From positions 434,001-498,000 of the forward strand of contig CT868096.1 of assembly GCA_000165425.1 (NCBI GenBank): a DNA stretch of 64,000 nt, read 5' to 3'. How positions within the stretch are numbered: position 1 is the stretch's first letter; the number at the start of each line of letters is the position of its first letter. This stretch comes from Paramecium tetraurelia (lineage: Eukaryota). The position numbers and the translations under genes were made by a program. Below, piece after piece: positions 45,627 to 59,698 of the stretch. A model generated the notes under the pieces. The model ran no database searches. It saw only the letters and a list, made by a program, of their open reading frames with translations, and was not told the DNA's origin.

Positions 45627-48048
45627 ATGAGTATTAAATAACTAGCTACAAATTTCGATGTTCTATATCGAAGAGTCAGTGATAGAAGCAAAGTGACAGA
45701 AATCCTATTGGGATAATTATTTGAGCGCTCTGAAGCTGAAGAAAAGTATCACAAAGCCCTTGAAAAAATTAGTGGGTAAATGCAAAACAGTGGAGGAGAC
45801 ATTGATGATTTGTTGAAGGGAATGAAAATCAATTTAAATCAAAGAGCATAATATTATAAAGTAATAATTCATGATAAAATAGCAATTTAATTAATCATAC
45901 AAGCATGATGTTGAACTAGCTATCAATGATCTTAAATAAATCTAATGTCAATTTAAACCTTTAATCCAGGAAGTCTTGAAAACAGATAAGGACATAAAAG
46001 TAGCTTTCGATAAATATGACCGCTAGAAAGATAAAACTTTTAGAGCTTCTAAGGATTATGAAGAAGCTGCCATAACTTTGGAAGCATAATGCTGGAATAA
46101 AGAATGCAATCCTGAGTCAAGATCAAAGGCTTAAATAAGGTTAAATCAATAATTAGTTTATAAATAAGAAAATGAGTCCGCTCTTAGACATGCTGCCACT
46201 ACCTATAATAATTTCGTTTAATCTTATAACACTTTATTATAAAATGGAATCTAATAATTAATATCTTATCATAATCAAATCTTTTCAATTAGCAAAGTAA
46301 CTATTTATACACAATTATATCAAGGACATTCTCATGAAAATCTTAGTCTATGAAATATCAAAAACGAGAAATCTCCAATATGATAGTGAGCAATTTTTCA
46401 AAGAAGCTGAAAAATACTTGGATCCTCAAGACGATCCAATAGCTCCTGGACCTTCAAGCTAAATTGGAATCACAAAAGATAATTATCTCAAAGTAACTTC
46501 GTAATAAAATTCTTCTTTTTTAAAAACTATTGCAGATTAAATATCGTTAAGCCATCGTTTAAATGTTAACAGAGAAACTGTTTCATTATAATAATTGGAA
46601 GTTGAAGATGAATTTGATTTATTCTTAGCGAATCAACAATTTATTGATGATTTAAAAGAAGTTTCCATTAATCTCATCAACAAAGTTAGTAAGAAAAATA
46701 AATCTAAAAATAATGAAGAAAAATAACTGGCTGGAGTTTAAGCTATGGTGAATAAATATAAAAATTAATATGGAGAATAATAGTTAATAAAGATATTTAG
46801 CTATATTAAGCATATTATATAAAGTACTTAAGAATAACAGATTAAAGGATGGAAAAATATTCCTTAAATCGAAAATAATGTTTTAGAAGATGAACTAGAA
46901 TCTAAGTTCTTTAGAGAACTTGGCTGCATTATTTTAGAATCATTTAGATAAGCAGGGTAAATTTAAAAACTTATTTAGGCGTTCTCAATTAAGCTAATTT
47001 GGATTCAAGAATATTATTACCTTTACTCAAAAATTATTAGAAATATCATAGAGGGAAGGAGAGTTGATATTGGTAAAAAGACTTATTACTATGATTTCTA
47101 CTATCTATACAATAGATGATAAAGAAAAGAGATTTTTCTTATAAGATAGCTTGATTTCTATGTCTATATGGAAATAAATTGATTTATGGGAAGGTGTTAT
47201 CTATACCACAATTGAAGCAGAAATAGATAAATCTGCTACGAAAGATTCTGCACAGTTTACAAAAGAATAAATATTTAAAGATAAAAATGTGATTTATTCT
47301 AATTTGTTAAGTCTGACTTTAAATATGGTTAATTTTAAGTAATTATTAATTTAATGCAATTAGAATTGATAAGTAAGAAATTAAGAATGTTTTGAATAAA
47401 TATGCAAGAGCTTTCTAGCTTTTTGAATTGTAAACTTAGGAGTTGTTAAAATTTGCCGAAAATGATGGTAAAATTGAACCAAATTCTAAAGTAAACTCAT
47501 TATCAATTTTATAATCTTTGTACTACTAACCGCAAACTACTTCCACCATCTAAGGACCATTAGGTTAAAAAAAAGTAGTAATTTTTGATAAGAAAAATCC
47601 TCTATCATCAAATTTAACAGTTTAAAAGCCTGGAGGAAATCAAGTGTATTTCTCATAAGATACTCCTACGAGGGAAACAATATCACCATAAATTTCCCCT
47701 TATTAAAATAACTCATCATGGTAATAGCAATAGCAATAACACTAATAAGAACAATTATAATAATAAGAACAATAATAATAACAATAATAATAATAATAAC
47801 AACCGTAATAATAATATACAACAATTTAAACTTAATCATAATAATAATCTATATTATAAAAAGTATTTACTCCATAAAATGCAAACAATCAATCGTTAAC
47901 TATTTTATAGAATTAATAAAATATGACAATACCTCAATAATAAGCTAATTAAGTTCAATAAATTTAAGAAACCGAATAAACAAAAATCAGATATAGCTCT
48001 CATCCATTAGAAGTTCCAAGACCTAATAATTAAAAAAAATAAGGTTGA
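45627..48048 (+). CDS. F-BAR (FCH)-like protein with an SBF2-like domain and Gln-rich tail
   Basis: FDVLYRR...ERSEAEEKYHKALEKI at the N-terminus; FFLQDSLISMSIWKQIDLWEGVI...EAEI later; TAA/TAG/CAA tract at about 47725-47850. Confidence 0.7.
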
Positions 48049-48103
48049 TTTTATAACATAACAAAATAATTAATATACACATTGTATTGTATAAAAATGA
48101 TTG

Positions 48104-49954
48104 GTCAATCTAATTTTTCTGATTTTCTTAATGCTAAAAGTGCATAGTTTCCAACTACAACTTACGGAACACTTAGGATTCCTAAAACTGCGATTGTTTC
48201 AATCAAATTTAATTTAATCCAAAATAGTGTTAAAACGAAAAATAACCCTATGATTAGAGCTAAAAACAAATAAACAATTGTTGAATTATCCTTTGGCAAT
48301 CTTTCAAAGCTTAAGTTCAAATTTGAAATTATTGAGAGGAAAAATAGAAATGCAATTAAGATGATCATAACAAAGAATGAAACAAACTAGGATATTAATG
48401 AGAATTACAAAGAAAGGAACTTCTGGTTATTCTTAATTGAATTAATGTACAATCTCTTAGGGCAATTTATAGGTACTGTCATTCTAGAAAGTTGTTTAAG
48501 CTTAAAACTTTGTATCTATTTTGACAAAACTCAATCTTTTGGGTACAACGTTAGAATCAGCTATGAGTAATTCCACTGAATAGATTGCATTAAGAGGTGT
48601 AATATGATCAGGGTCGCCAAAGTCTATAATACCATAATAGATCTTTTTTTTTTTATCATACTCAGCAAATACTTACGTAGAAGCGGAAGAATATTAAGGA
48701 TGAATTAATCTGATGGCAACTTATTGTTTAATTTAATTTTTAGTCTACTAAAATAAAATTCTTACTTTAATGATTACATGAAGGAAACATTTTTCATTTG
48801 CACTAAGAATCACAGGATAAACCTCTCCATTTTCAACACTATGATGGAAGTTTGGTTTGGAAGTCTTGCTATCAACAATATCAAATATAACTTCTTCAAT
48901 CTCAACTTCCTATAATACTTTAATAGTGTATTTTAGCTTAAATCTTAAATTGGAAATCTTACAATATAATGAGGAAAATGCAATTCGAAAGGAACAGAGC
49001 CAACTGCTGAAATTTCAAAATAGCCGCTAAATTCTTTAGATTTAATTGGTGTGTAGGTGTAATGTTCTTTTTAATTGTTGATTAGTGCATAAACTTCTGT
49101 AGGTTAAATTTTCTCTCCTCTAAAATTGACGAATTTCACATTTATTTATGTTTTTCCTTTGTTCAGTTAGTAATGGTCTTAGAAAATAGGATATATTATT
49201 GAATTAACTTAATCCAATTAGAATAATTTGGTAATCCAATATTACTCTTCAATAGATCCTAGGACTTAAGTTCTTTAGTAAAGAAAGTTAATAATAGTTT
49301 ATTGATAGATCTAATTTTGGAGGAGGTCTTATAGTTTTGGATGAAGATTGGTGATATTGAAAGTAAAAAAGGAGAACAAAATTTAAGCAGTTGCTGTAGC
49401 TGAATTATCTCTGTCCAAAACTGCTGAAACTCCTTCGTATATTTCTTAGAAATTAAAGATGGCTTCTTAAATTGCTTAATGAACCTTGCTATGATTACAA
49501 AAAGTGGCAAGGTGATATGCTTGAGCTGCTGTTCTATAAGAATCATCCTATTTTTTAAGCTAAGGTTTGGCTGCACCTCCTGCAGTGATAAACTAGTCAA
49601 GTTTGGGACATAACCCGTTAAATAGTGAATTATAGTAAATAGATTCAAAATCATCTGAATCAATTTTTGGAAAATCAATATTATAGTCTGCCTGACATTC
49701 ATCCAAAAACGATGATGCAAGCTTTGCATAATAAGCATCTTGAGCTGTTGTTAAAGTGTATTCTTTTAACCAAGTACAAACCTTATTAGAATAAATTTAC
49801 ATACTTAATCTTGATCCACATCAACTTACAAATCAGATGCTATTGACAATTAATAAGCTAATTTTTTGAGAGAATCCGGTTTGGTCACAAATATATTTTA
49901 CTTGTATTTAGGAAATGCAAAAACTGTGGTGAATAAAAGTATTGCAATGATCAT
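48104..49954 (-). CDS. RPN2: Ribophorin II / Swp1-like oligosaccharyltransferase subunit
   Basis: Signal peptide MIIAILLFTTVFA; three C-terminal TM helices ending LFWIKLNLIETIAVLGILS...GNYALLALRK. Confidence 0.65.
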
Positions 49955-50924
49955 TAATTAAATTTTATATGGAATCTAATATTATAATGAAATGAAATCC
50001 ATTACTTTTACAGAAGTTTGATATATTTTTATGTGAACTTTGATTCCTTTATAATAATTGATGTGCAAGCCTTAATTGTTAATCTACATTAATTCTCATG
50101 AATTTAATTATCTATTTTAAGATTCTTCTTTTAAAAATTAAGGTTGGATTTTTCTCATATTGAATCATTAAAGTATTTTATTATATCAAATTGATCTTAA
50201 GTATGAAAAAGAAAGGAAGATAAGAAGTCTGTTATTAGATTTGAAAAAAAAATATTAAATATTAAATGAATTTAAAAGAAGGTTCTGAATAGAACAAGGT
50301 TAAAATACAAATGATAATTATCATCATCAAATCTTTATAAATATCAAGGTGTCAGTAGTTATCATCTAGATATACTTCTTAAACAAATTGTTTTCATTCC
50401 ATTAAATGAAGAATACTTAGTAAATTTATTAACTTAAATTTCTGCTGAACTTATTAATAATAAATCCGATTTGCTTCTTTCATTGACAGGTTATTTAAAG
50501 TAGTTCGAAATGTCTAATTTTCCAATACTATTATTTTTATGATAATTCTTACAGTCTTATGAATATATTCATTAAGTTTCTTCATCATTATCATGAGGTT
50601 ATGATGATAATAGAGTATATTTTGAAAAGAAAATTTTTCCTTAAATCTATATTGTCTATATAATTTTCGAGGGCAATAGATTTCAGTTTTAGGAGATCTA
50701 AATAATTATGATTTTATTTCTATAGATCATAAAAATCTGTTGTTTTATGTTAAAGTTGCTCAAAATTTCAAAATTAGGCAAGAATAAGATAATGTTTGAT
50801 GTTGTACATCAGGTTTAAGGATATTAATCTAAGTGATTTCGACATGCAATTAAAATCTAATATTTTTTAAATTGAGCATCCATTATCCCAATCTGAATGA
50901 TAATTAAATTTAAATAATATAAAA

Positions 50925-51856
50925 ATGCAATACTTAGACAATTATTTGCAATCCAAAGGTGGATATGACTATACAAATGTCAAAAGGTACAGAATTTATT
51001 AATTTCAATCTAAGAAATGAATTGATGAAGGCGTAAGGATTCAAAGAAATGCCATTCACAAAAACAGGAACAACAATAGTTGGAGTGATATTTGAAGGTG
51101 GCGTAGTTATGGCAGCAGATACAAGAGCAACGGCTGGATCAATTGTAGCAGACAAAAATTGTGAGAAATTACATCCATTGGCTCCAAATATCTGGGCTGC
51201 AGGAGCTGGTACAGCTGCAGATTTACATCATTAATGTGCTCACTTTAATGCTAAACTCAAACTTTAGAGACTCAATTTGAATAGATAAAGCAGAGTTAAT
51301 GAAGTGATTACTAAATTAACAACAAAACTCTTTCCTTATAGAGGTCACATTGGAGTTGCTCTTATCATTGGTGGAATTGACTCAAATGGACCATAATTGG
51401 CTTCAGTCTCACCTCATGGAAAGTAAGTGATTACACCTAATTTATTAGTTATGTTTATCATCCATTTTAATCTATGGGTAGTGGATCTCTTGCAGCTTTA
51501 GGAATTTTAGAGGCCAAATTTTAGGATGGTCTTACCAAGTAATAAGCAATCGATCTTGCTATCGAGGCAATTGAGGCCGGAATTTTCCATGATATGGGGT
51601 ATTTTGGAATTATATTATTTCAGATCTGGCAGTAATGTCGATGTAGTTGCAATTACAAAGGAGGGTGTTGATTATAGAAGAAATATCAGATAATATAATG
51701 CTAAATCCCATCAGAAACAAATACCATATCATTTTCCTGCCAATAACACACGTAAAATGATATAATTATTATTTAGCTGCTTTAAGGAAATATGAATTTA
51801 ATTTTGAAAAACAAGAACTAAGAGAAATCGGAAAGGAGATGGAGATTATTGAGTGA
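50925..51856 (+). CDS. PSMB7: 20S proteasome subunit beta2 (beta type-7)
   Basis: [47 protein letters not shown]. Confidence 0.95.
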
Positions 51857-51931
51857 AATATTTCAATATTATATCGTATTCAAATGTAAATTGCTAATAA
51901 AATTACTTATTTGATTGAAATTATTTAATTA

Positions 51932-52748
51932 ATGGATAAACAAGATTATTATCAAGTCTTGGGGGTTGAGAGAAATGCCACAACTGACGAGATTAAGAGT
52001 GCCTATAGGAAGTTGGCTTTGGTATGAATTATTATAGCTATATAGCTAGAAATGGCATCCAGATAAGAACCCCGACAATTAAGAGGTAGCCAAAAAGTAG
52101 TTTTAATTGATTTTATAAGCATATACAGGTTTGATTTCAATATTTCAAAATAGTTCTTTGTGATAGTTAGAAAAGAGCAAACTATGACAAATTTGGAACA
52201 GTTGATGGGGAAGAATAAATGAATTTTGATTTTGAGGACTTTTTTGCTCAAGATTTTGAGTCAATGATGAACTTTATGATGGGCGATGCTTTTGTTAAAA
52301 TGTTTACTAATATTGGCAGAGCAGGAAGAGGGAAACATAAATTCAAAATACCATCTTAGTTTGTTTTTAAATAAGCTTAACCATAAAAGAAGCCACAAAA
52401 AAAAGAAGAAGAAGATGAATGGGAAACTGAAGAAGAAATTGATGAAGATGATGATTGGAAGGATGTAGACGATGATGAAGATGATGATAATAACGATAAT
52501 GACGATGAATTCTAATCAGATAGTGATGATGATCTCACATAAACTGAAAATTTGTTTATGATGCCTATGTTTATAGATGATAGCATTAAGGATACTGATA
52601 GTAAATCATGTTAATTATATTCTAAGGTAAAAAATTCAAGTGTAAGTTCGATGGATAGGTATTGAAAGAATAAACGTTAGTGTAGCATTTTGAAAAGAAC
52701 CATAAAAAAGAATTTGCTGCTTGGAGTAAAAAACAGCATTTTAAATGA
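51932..52748 (+). CDS. DnaJ / J-domain protein with an acidic tract
   Basis: DYYQVLGV...[19 protein letters not shown]...YDKFG. Confidence 0.92.
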
Positions 52749-52773
52749 TTAATTAATTACATTATTTTTAGAT

Positions 52774-53995
52774 ATGAAAAATAGATTCCTACAACTTAAA
52801 TAAAAACTTAATAATTGGAAGTGGATTGAATGTCAAGTAACTCTCCACTCTCTAACTAATTAACAAGAATCCTATCGTCTTCTTGAAACCAACTATAAAA
52901 TTATGTAAGAGTAAAATTGTTGAAGAGTCACTCCAATTCAATATACAAATGTAGAAATCTTTCAATTTCTCAAAACGTATAGGGTGGAATTGGCACAAAA
53001 GTTGGAAACTTCCAGCAATCGTTGTTAAACCCATTCTAAATAGTTATAAATTATATACTAAAGGTCTAAAATGCAGATTGATTTTTGGCTATGTTGAAGA
53101 TGTATCTAACAATTCGACAAGTGGAACTCGAAGGAAATACAGAAAAACTATATACTGAGAACATCCAAGGCTTTTAATTCGAAAATATCAAGTTCAGTTC
53201 AACTTCATATAAGCTGGAAGTTTTTACTAATCCATAATTTATAGGGTGTCCATTTTCATGTCATTATTGAGATCTATAGGCAAGATGATATCTTCTAAAC
53301 CGAACCCATTAAATCAGTCATTTTTCCTCCTATTTTCGTAGATTCAAGGAAGGCTGCCAGAAATACCAAGAGATTTGATTATCAAAAAAATAATTTCTTT
53401 GATCGGAAAAGTCGAAAATATTAAAAATAGAAGATACTCTTGAAGGAATTAATAACTATTTGATGGCTTAAAATATAAGGAATAAGTGTAGACACCCTTA
53501 TTTTCTAGCCTTAAAATTTAGATCAATATTTGATTATACTATAATTCGAATCAATACTCTTCTCAATTGAGTCTAGAACAATTACTTTTTAAAATATATA
53601 ATGTTTAGTTGACAGCTTGAATTCACATTAGAATCAATAAGTATTATTGTTAACGATGAAGTATTCAAATTATAGTGAACTTGATATTGGATTCTTTAGT
53701 AATAATTTGAGTCAATTATAAAATAATGTCATTCAAGTTGTTGTTAGTGCTTAAATAGATAAGCATTGGGTAAAAATCAATGCAAGATGATTTAAATAAT
53801 ATATATGCAGAGAAGTATTCAATGTTTCCAAGAGTTTCATCCTCAGATTAGATGTAAATCAAATAATATTTTGACATTTCGTTTGATGAAAGTGATTCAG
53901 AAGTTTGCTGTTAAAATGATGTAATTCTATCTCTCAATTATAATAATAGGAATAAATTGATTGGGTAAATAACAGAATCTACAGGAGTTTTCTGA
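52774..53995 (+). CDS. Hypothetical protein
   Basis: Extended coding-like frame with small introns; no domain recognised and boundaries approximate. Confidence 0.4.
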
Positions 53996-54326
53996 AACAA
54001 AAATAGAAATCCAAAATAGAAAGTCTGTCTATGAATTAGAATTTAATATTAATTTTACAATCATTTTTTCATATTCATATTTACCATTTATCAAATAAAT
54101 TTTGCTTTAATAAATCATTAATTCTTAATATTATATTTTTATTATAGTTTAACAAGTTATCAATACTTAATCTTGTTTATGAATTGATTGAAATGTTATT
54201 ATTCAAATTGCTCTGATGTTATTTCAATTAATTATAATTAAATATACTCTGTTGTATTTCAATTTGTATCTTAGTTTGAATGAAAGATGATATTAGTAAT
54301 ATATAAAATTAAATAATTATTATTCC

Positions 54327-56678
54327 ATGGGTGGGTGCGGAGGAAAGCCTTAAAAAAGAAATAAAAAACCTTACGTTATACCAAAATCATTAGAATAGCA
54401 ATGTATTACTATTCCTAATTTAGTTAATGCTATTGAAATTGATTTACTATATCTAATATATTAGGACTTAGCATCACGAAATGTCGAAAACTTAGTCAAC
54501 AAGACAGCTTTTACAGATTTCTTCACAATGATTGGGTTGTGGGGTGAACTTGTTTTTGAATATTTTAACTAAGAGAACCATAGCCTATTGAATTTTGAGC
54601 AATTTTTAAAAGGAGTTGTTCATTATATAAAATGTGATGAGGATCAAAAAATTCAACATCTATTTAAACTATATGATCTAGAAAAACACGGATTGATCAG
54701 AAAAGGTGAGTTTCTGCAAATGGTAAAATCACAATTAAAACAATTAGATCTAAAACTACCCAAGAGAGGATTTGATCAAATTGCTTGATGACCCCATGTT
54801 TTTGGAGGATCTAAAAATTCTCAAATATTATGAGACAAAGGAGATGATCAACTAGAAAAAATTATAGCCAAAACGAGCTGATGAATAAGAGTTTACAGAA
54901 TCAGGTAATAAGATTAATATGAGAATAGTGCAGGCAATCCAGAGAAGAAGTTCTTTAAGTGGAGAAATCTAATCAATCTAAGGGGCTAAATCAGGTGAAT
55001 CTATACATGGATCTTAAACTAATTTGCCTGCTTTCAATGAATAAAGTGTTGTGATGATGTTCCCGAATGAGAGTATGATTGGACCAACTGGTGTTCCAAT
55101 GGGATAGTTTGGTTAAAATATAACTTTCAATATTAATGGAAAATTGGTTGAATTAAAAAGAGTCAATATTAATTATCTAGTTCATAAGTATGTGAATATG
55201 ATTTATAAACATAAAGCAAAAAATGATTAGGGGTATTTATGTTTCATAATTTAGTTTATCACTCGAAGATTTCAAATCTTTTGTAAAGCTGCATCCTAAA
55301 ATATTTGAAGGCCTTTATAAAGCCTTTAACTTTGATGTTTGGGGTGTTGATGCTAATTCTTCAGTTCCTCGTTCGATGATGACACCAAAGGATCTTGAAG
55401 GAGAAGTCAAAAAAATCAGCAAGAAAAACCCTAAAATTTCAAATCCCAGATACTTTAAGTTGATGCAAAGATTCTGTCTATCTTTTAAGAAAAAGGAATC
55501 CCCTTTACCTTCAAGTATGTAATGCTAATTAATCTTTAGAGATATTTTGCCTTGATGGACTAACAATATAAGAGAAGGTTAACAACTAGGAGTAATAATA
55601 TGGATTTGAAGTGTCTCATAAAGATAAATTATATTAAACTAGAACATATATGTGTTAAGATTTCGAAGATTATAAAAGATGGACAAACAGTTTATAAATG
55701 TTTCAAAAGTATTTAATTTTCCATCTTTTAGAGCCTCTGTGAATGATTATTATTCTATCCTTTAGAAGATTGGAGAAGGCAAATTTTCAATAGTATATCT
55801 TTGTGAATGCAAAAAGGATAGACAAACATTAGCTATAAAAATTATTGAAAAGTTTAAATTATCAAAATCAGAAAAATTAATGCTTGCGTAATTTTAGTAT
55901 TTAACTGTAGTCATGAGGTAGAAATCATGAAATTGCTTAATCACTCTTGTATTGTCCGTTTCCATGAAATTATTGAAACAAAAACTCATTTAAACATCAT
56001 TACTGAAGTCGTTAGAGATGGAGATTTATTTGATTACATAATTAAAAATGAGAATATTAATGAGCAAGAGGCATCCTTAATAATGAGTCAGCTTTTTGAT
56101 ACTCTAAATTATGTTCACAGCGTTGGCATTGTTCATAGAGATTTAAAACCAGAAAATATTATGATTGTTTTGGATACTACGAAAAAAAATGTTAAATAGG
56201 TAAAAATTATTGATTTTGGTTTTGCCAACTTTTTGACGAATATCTAAACTAAAGAAGGAGAAGCTCTTTGCGGAACCACTAATTATTTGGCACCTGAAAG
56301 TTTGGAATAAAAGAAAATAGATTTTAAAGTTGACAATTTTGCTTTGGGAGTTATCCTATACTTTTTACTTTCAGGTACCTTAAAAAATCTAAATTAAATT
56401 AGGTTACTTACCCTTTGATTCTGAATTTCCAGAGGATATTATAAAAAATATTATTGAATGCAAATATGATCTCTAAGAAGAATTTTGGTAATAGATTTCA
56501 GAGGATGCAAAAGATTTAATAAAGAAATTATTAATCAAAGAACCTGAAGAAAGAATCACTTTACAAACAGCTTTAGAGCATCCATGGATTAAAGTATAAA
56601 TTTAAAAGTATGTAGAACCGAAATTCATTGCCTATAAAGAAAGCCTAAAGAGTCAATAAAAGATTAGGTTTATTTTGA
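54327..56678 (+). CDS. CDPK7-like kinase: N-acylation motif, EF-hands, PH domain, CAMK-type kinase domain
   Basis: [24 protein letters not shown] (EF-hand-like); PH-like EGEVKK...RYFKL...[32 protein letters not shown]. Confidence 0.88.
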
Positions 56679-56939
56679 TTGATGATGTATATCAAAATGT
56701 TTATATGAAATTGTAAAATTTATAGAAATGCTTATAAAAATCATTTATAATTGACATTTAATCACGTTCGATTCTCAATTTGATTAAATTTCTTTTAGTT
56801 AAACTTAAAATATATTATTTAATAATTATAATATTTGAATCAAAGCCAAAGATAAGTACTGATTATTAAATCAAATAAATTATAAGTTAATAAGTTAATA
56901 AAAGCCTTAGCAATTAAGATTATATGGAAATATATTATT

Positions 56940-57576
56940 ATATATTCATAAGAGACTTTGAGAACTACTATTAGTCCAACCCTTAGGTTTAATATCTAAG
57001 TCTTATGAAATCGGTTTTGATTATTATTATTTTTAAAAAGTATTGACTTTGCTTCTGTGCGAATCATTTAATCTTTCAGAAAACCTTCTAAACTATTAAC
57101 CAATCATGATGCGATCTAACAATAAAATTTTTTCTGGGTCTTTAAACTACTGTGGAAAAAATCTATTAATTATTTTCAGAGGCTTTTAGGGATTGATAAA
57201 AACTTCCTCATTAATATTACAACTCTATTGAATAGGCTTTTTGTATGAAAAATTTTAATTTTGCACATCCAAGCTCAGGTTTATTATTTTGATTTTTTCA
57301 TTTTCATTAGCTTTAATGAATGAAGATTCCGCAGATTTTTCGTAATAATGTTTTTAGGGAGATGTTTTTAGTTTTTTCTAAACTTAATTCGATTTTCGAA
57401 CCTTAAATTGAGGTACTTTGCAATCAAATATACTCCCATTATATTGATAATTTCTTAGCTTGATTTACATAGCAAAATTTGGAATAATTATGATAATAAA
57501 CTTAGATTCATTACGACAAATTATTTAACTAGATAGAAAAATCTAAATTAACTTGTAGAATTATAGTAGAATCCAT
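56940..57576 (-). CDS. Hypothetical protein (boundaries approximate)
   Basis: Coding-like Q/K/S-rich frame; no domain recognised. Confidence 0.35.
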
Positions 57577-57849
57577 TTTAAGGAAAAGCTTTAAATATAA
57601 TAGAATTCTATGAAGGACAATTTTCGATTTTCAAGTCAAGACATCTATTATTCTAAAAAAATAGAAATTAGAATGTCAAAAAAAGAACAAGTTCACACAA
57701 AGGAGAAAGAATATGGTTATAGGAATGTAAAATTGGTTCTATTTTTTATATGATTAATTGTAATTTAATTAATAATGATTATAAAATAAAGAATAACTGT
57801 ATAACATATTTGAAGAAATATTAAGAATGAAGTAGTTATTTTGATAAAA

Positions 57850-58391
57850 TCAAGTTAAAATATTAAATCTTACTGCTTTTTTTTTGATTCTATTGAATCT
57901 ATTTATTAAATTTCTGGTTTCGAGAAATTAAGCTTCGATATCTTTTGTTTCCTAATAAATTTATCATTCAATACTGTTTTCCTGAGCTTCATTCTGTATT
58001 CCGTACTTCTAGTCCTCATGTTTTTATTTTATTAGATCATTATCGTGGTTGAATTGATTTTCTTTTCTGTCTAAAGTTCTATAGGTTTTGGAGATGGGCT
58101 GACTTTTGACAAATATTAAGGACGCTTTTAACATACACTTTAATTAGTTCTAATGATGGGGGTTTTCCAGGATTGAAAAGAATCATTTTAGATTTCCTTG
58201 AACTTTCTTTTAATCTCGAAATCATTAATAATGTGAGGAATAAATTATGTATTTGATTACTTTTGCAATTGATAATTAGGTCTTTTGGTTAAATGAAATA
58301 TATTTGATTATTGTTCATCCAAAATTTTAATTTTCTCTATGATGATTGAGAGATCAAATAAAGATTCTAGTTTTTATTTTGTTATACTCAT
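57850..58391 (-). CDS. Hypothetical protein
   Basis: Open frame MSITKQKLESLFDLSIIIEKIKILDEQQ... Confidence 0.5.
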
Positions 58392-58493
58392 TATATAAAT
58401 TTATATTGATTATATATATTTGGATGCAAATTTTTGGGACTTATTGAATTCAAATTTGATATTCATCGCATATTAAATATTATTAAACAGCAA

Positions 58494-59600
58494 ATGAAGC
58501 CAAGTGGAAAAAAGGATTCAAAATAAATGAATTAAAGATCTCCAGAAAAGATATTACAAAGGAGAAATAATAATAATTAATTATAATACTTAGTAAAATG
58601 GAAAGGTAATGAGGAGCCAACTTGGGAATTCGAAGAAAACATCAGAAATATTATATAAAATTTACCAGTCAATGAATAAGAATTATATTCAAATTAAAAT
58701 GATAAATAAGTAAAATAAGGGATACCTATTAGACATTAATAATAGAATTTTAAGCATCCTAATTGTTCAGAAGAACTCCTTTTTAATAAACAGAAGGAAA
58801 TGACTTAAAAATATTGCAATGCTTACCCTTAAATGGGAGATGAAATTGATAGTGTTCATTTAATCTTAACTTAAGAAGATTGCTTATTTGAAATTAAATG
58901 GAAATCTAGACCTGATGGTTTACAGCCAAACTCAGATTTTTATTAATATGATTAATTCAAAGTAGTTGCTCCAATGCTTTTTATGGACTTTTTAGAAATT
59001 TGTATTTTAGGATATGAAAAACACACAGACATCAAATTTATAGCACCTGGAAAGGACAATATTGAAAGAACTTAATTGATTAAAAGAATCTTATTATAAA
59101 ATCCAAAATATTTGGATACTAATAAAAGTTAATCGGATAAATCTGCAGAAGAAGTAAAGGTAAATGATTAGGCTGCTTAACTTAAAGAGAAAAACAGTTA
59201 ATTAAAGAAAAACACAATAATAACCTTCATGCAATCAGAGCAGAAATAAAAATAATCAATAGAATCGTCCAATTAAAAATTGATACAAAAGTCGGTTGTA
59301 GTTTCAGAATAATAACGTAACGATAGGTCATCTCAGTAAGATGATTTTTAGGAAGACAAACTATCTCAGTAAGACGACAAAGTGGTCTAATAATAACCAG
59401 GAGTATAGGATTAAAAGAATGGTTCAAATTAAAATGATGAAGAATAAATAGATTAAGAATCAATATCTTTAGAATAATAATAAGAATGATAATTTACATT
59501 TGGAGTATTATGTTAAGATATTAAAATTTTCATAGTATAATTTTTTATTTATCTTTAATTCTTAAAATTCAAATTTCCATTTGAGATCTTACAAATTTAA
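58494..59600 (+). CDS. Chromodomain plus chromo-shadow-like protein (HP1-like); 3' end approximate
   Basis: PEKILQRR...QYLVKWKGNEEPTWEFEENI; second domain LFEIKWKSRPDG...APMLFMDFLE. Confidence 0.8.
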
Positions 59601-59698
59601 TTATTTAATTACTTTCTGCTAAATTATTATGATTAATTTACATAAAAAGGCTGAGGTCAATTCCTATCAAGTTTTATTATTATTAATTGTAAAATAAT

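Noticed and set aside
47718..47948. Ile-rich, TM-like ORF
   Set aside because: It is an off-frame reading of the Gln-rich TAA/CAA tail of the F-BAR gene.
50200..50900. Coding-like stretch between RPN2 and PSMB7
   Set aside because: Broken by TGAs, with no assignable product.
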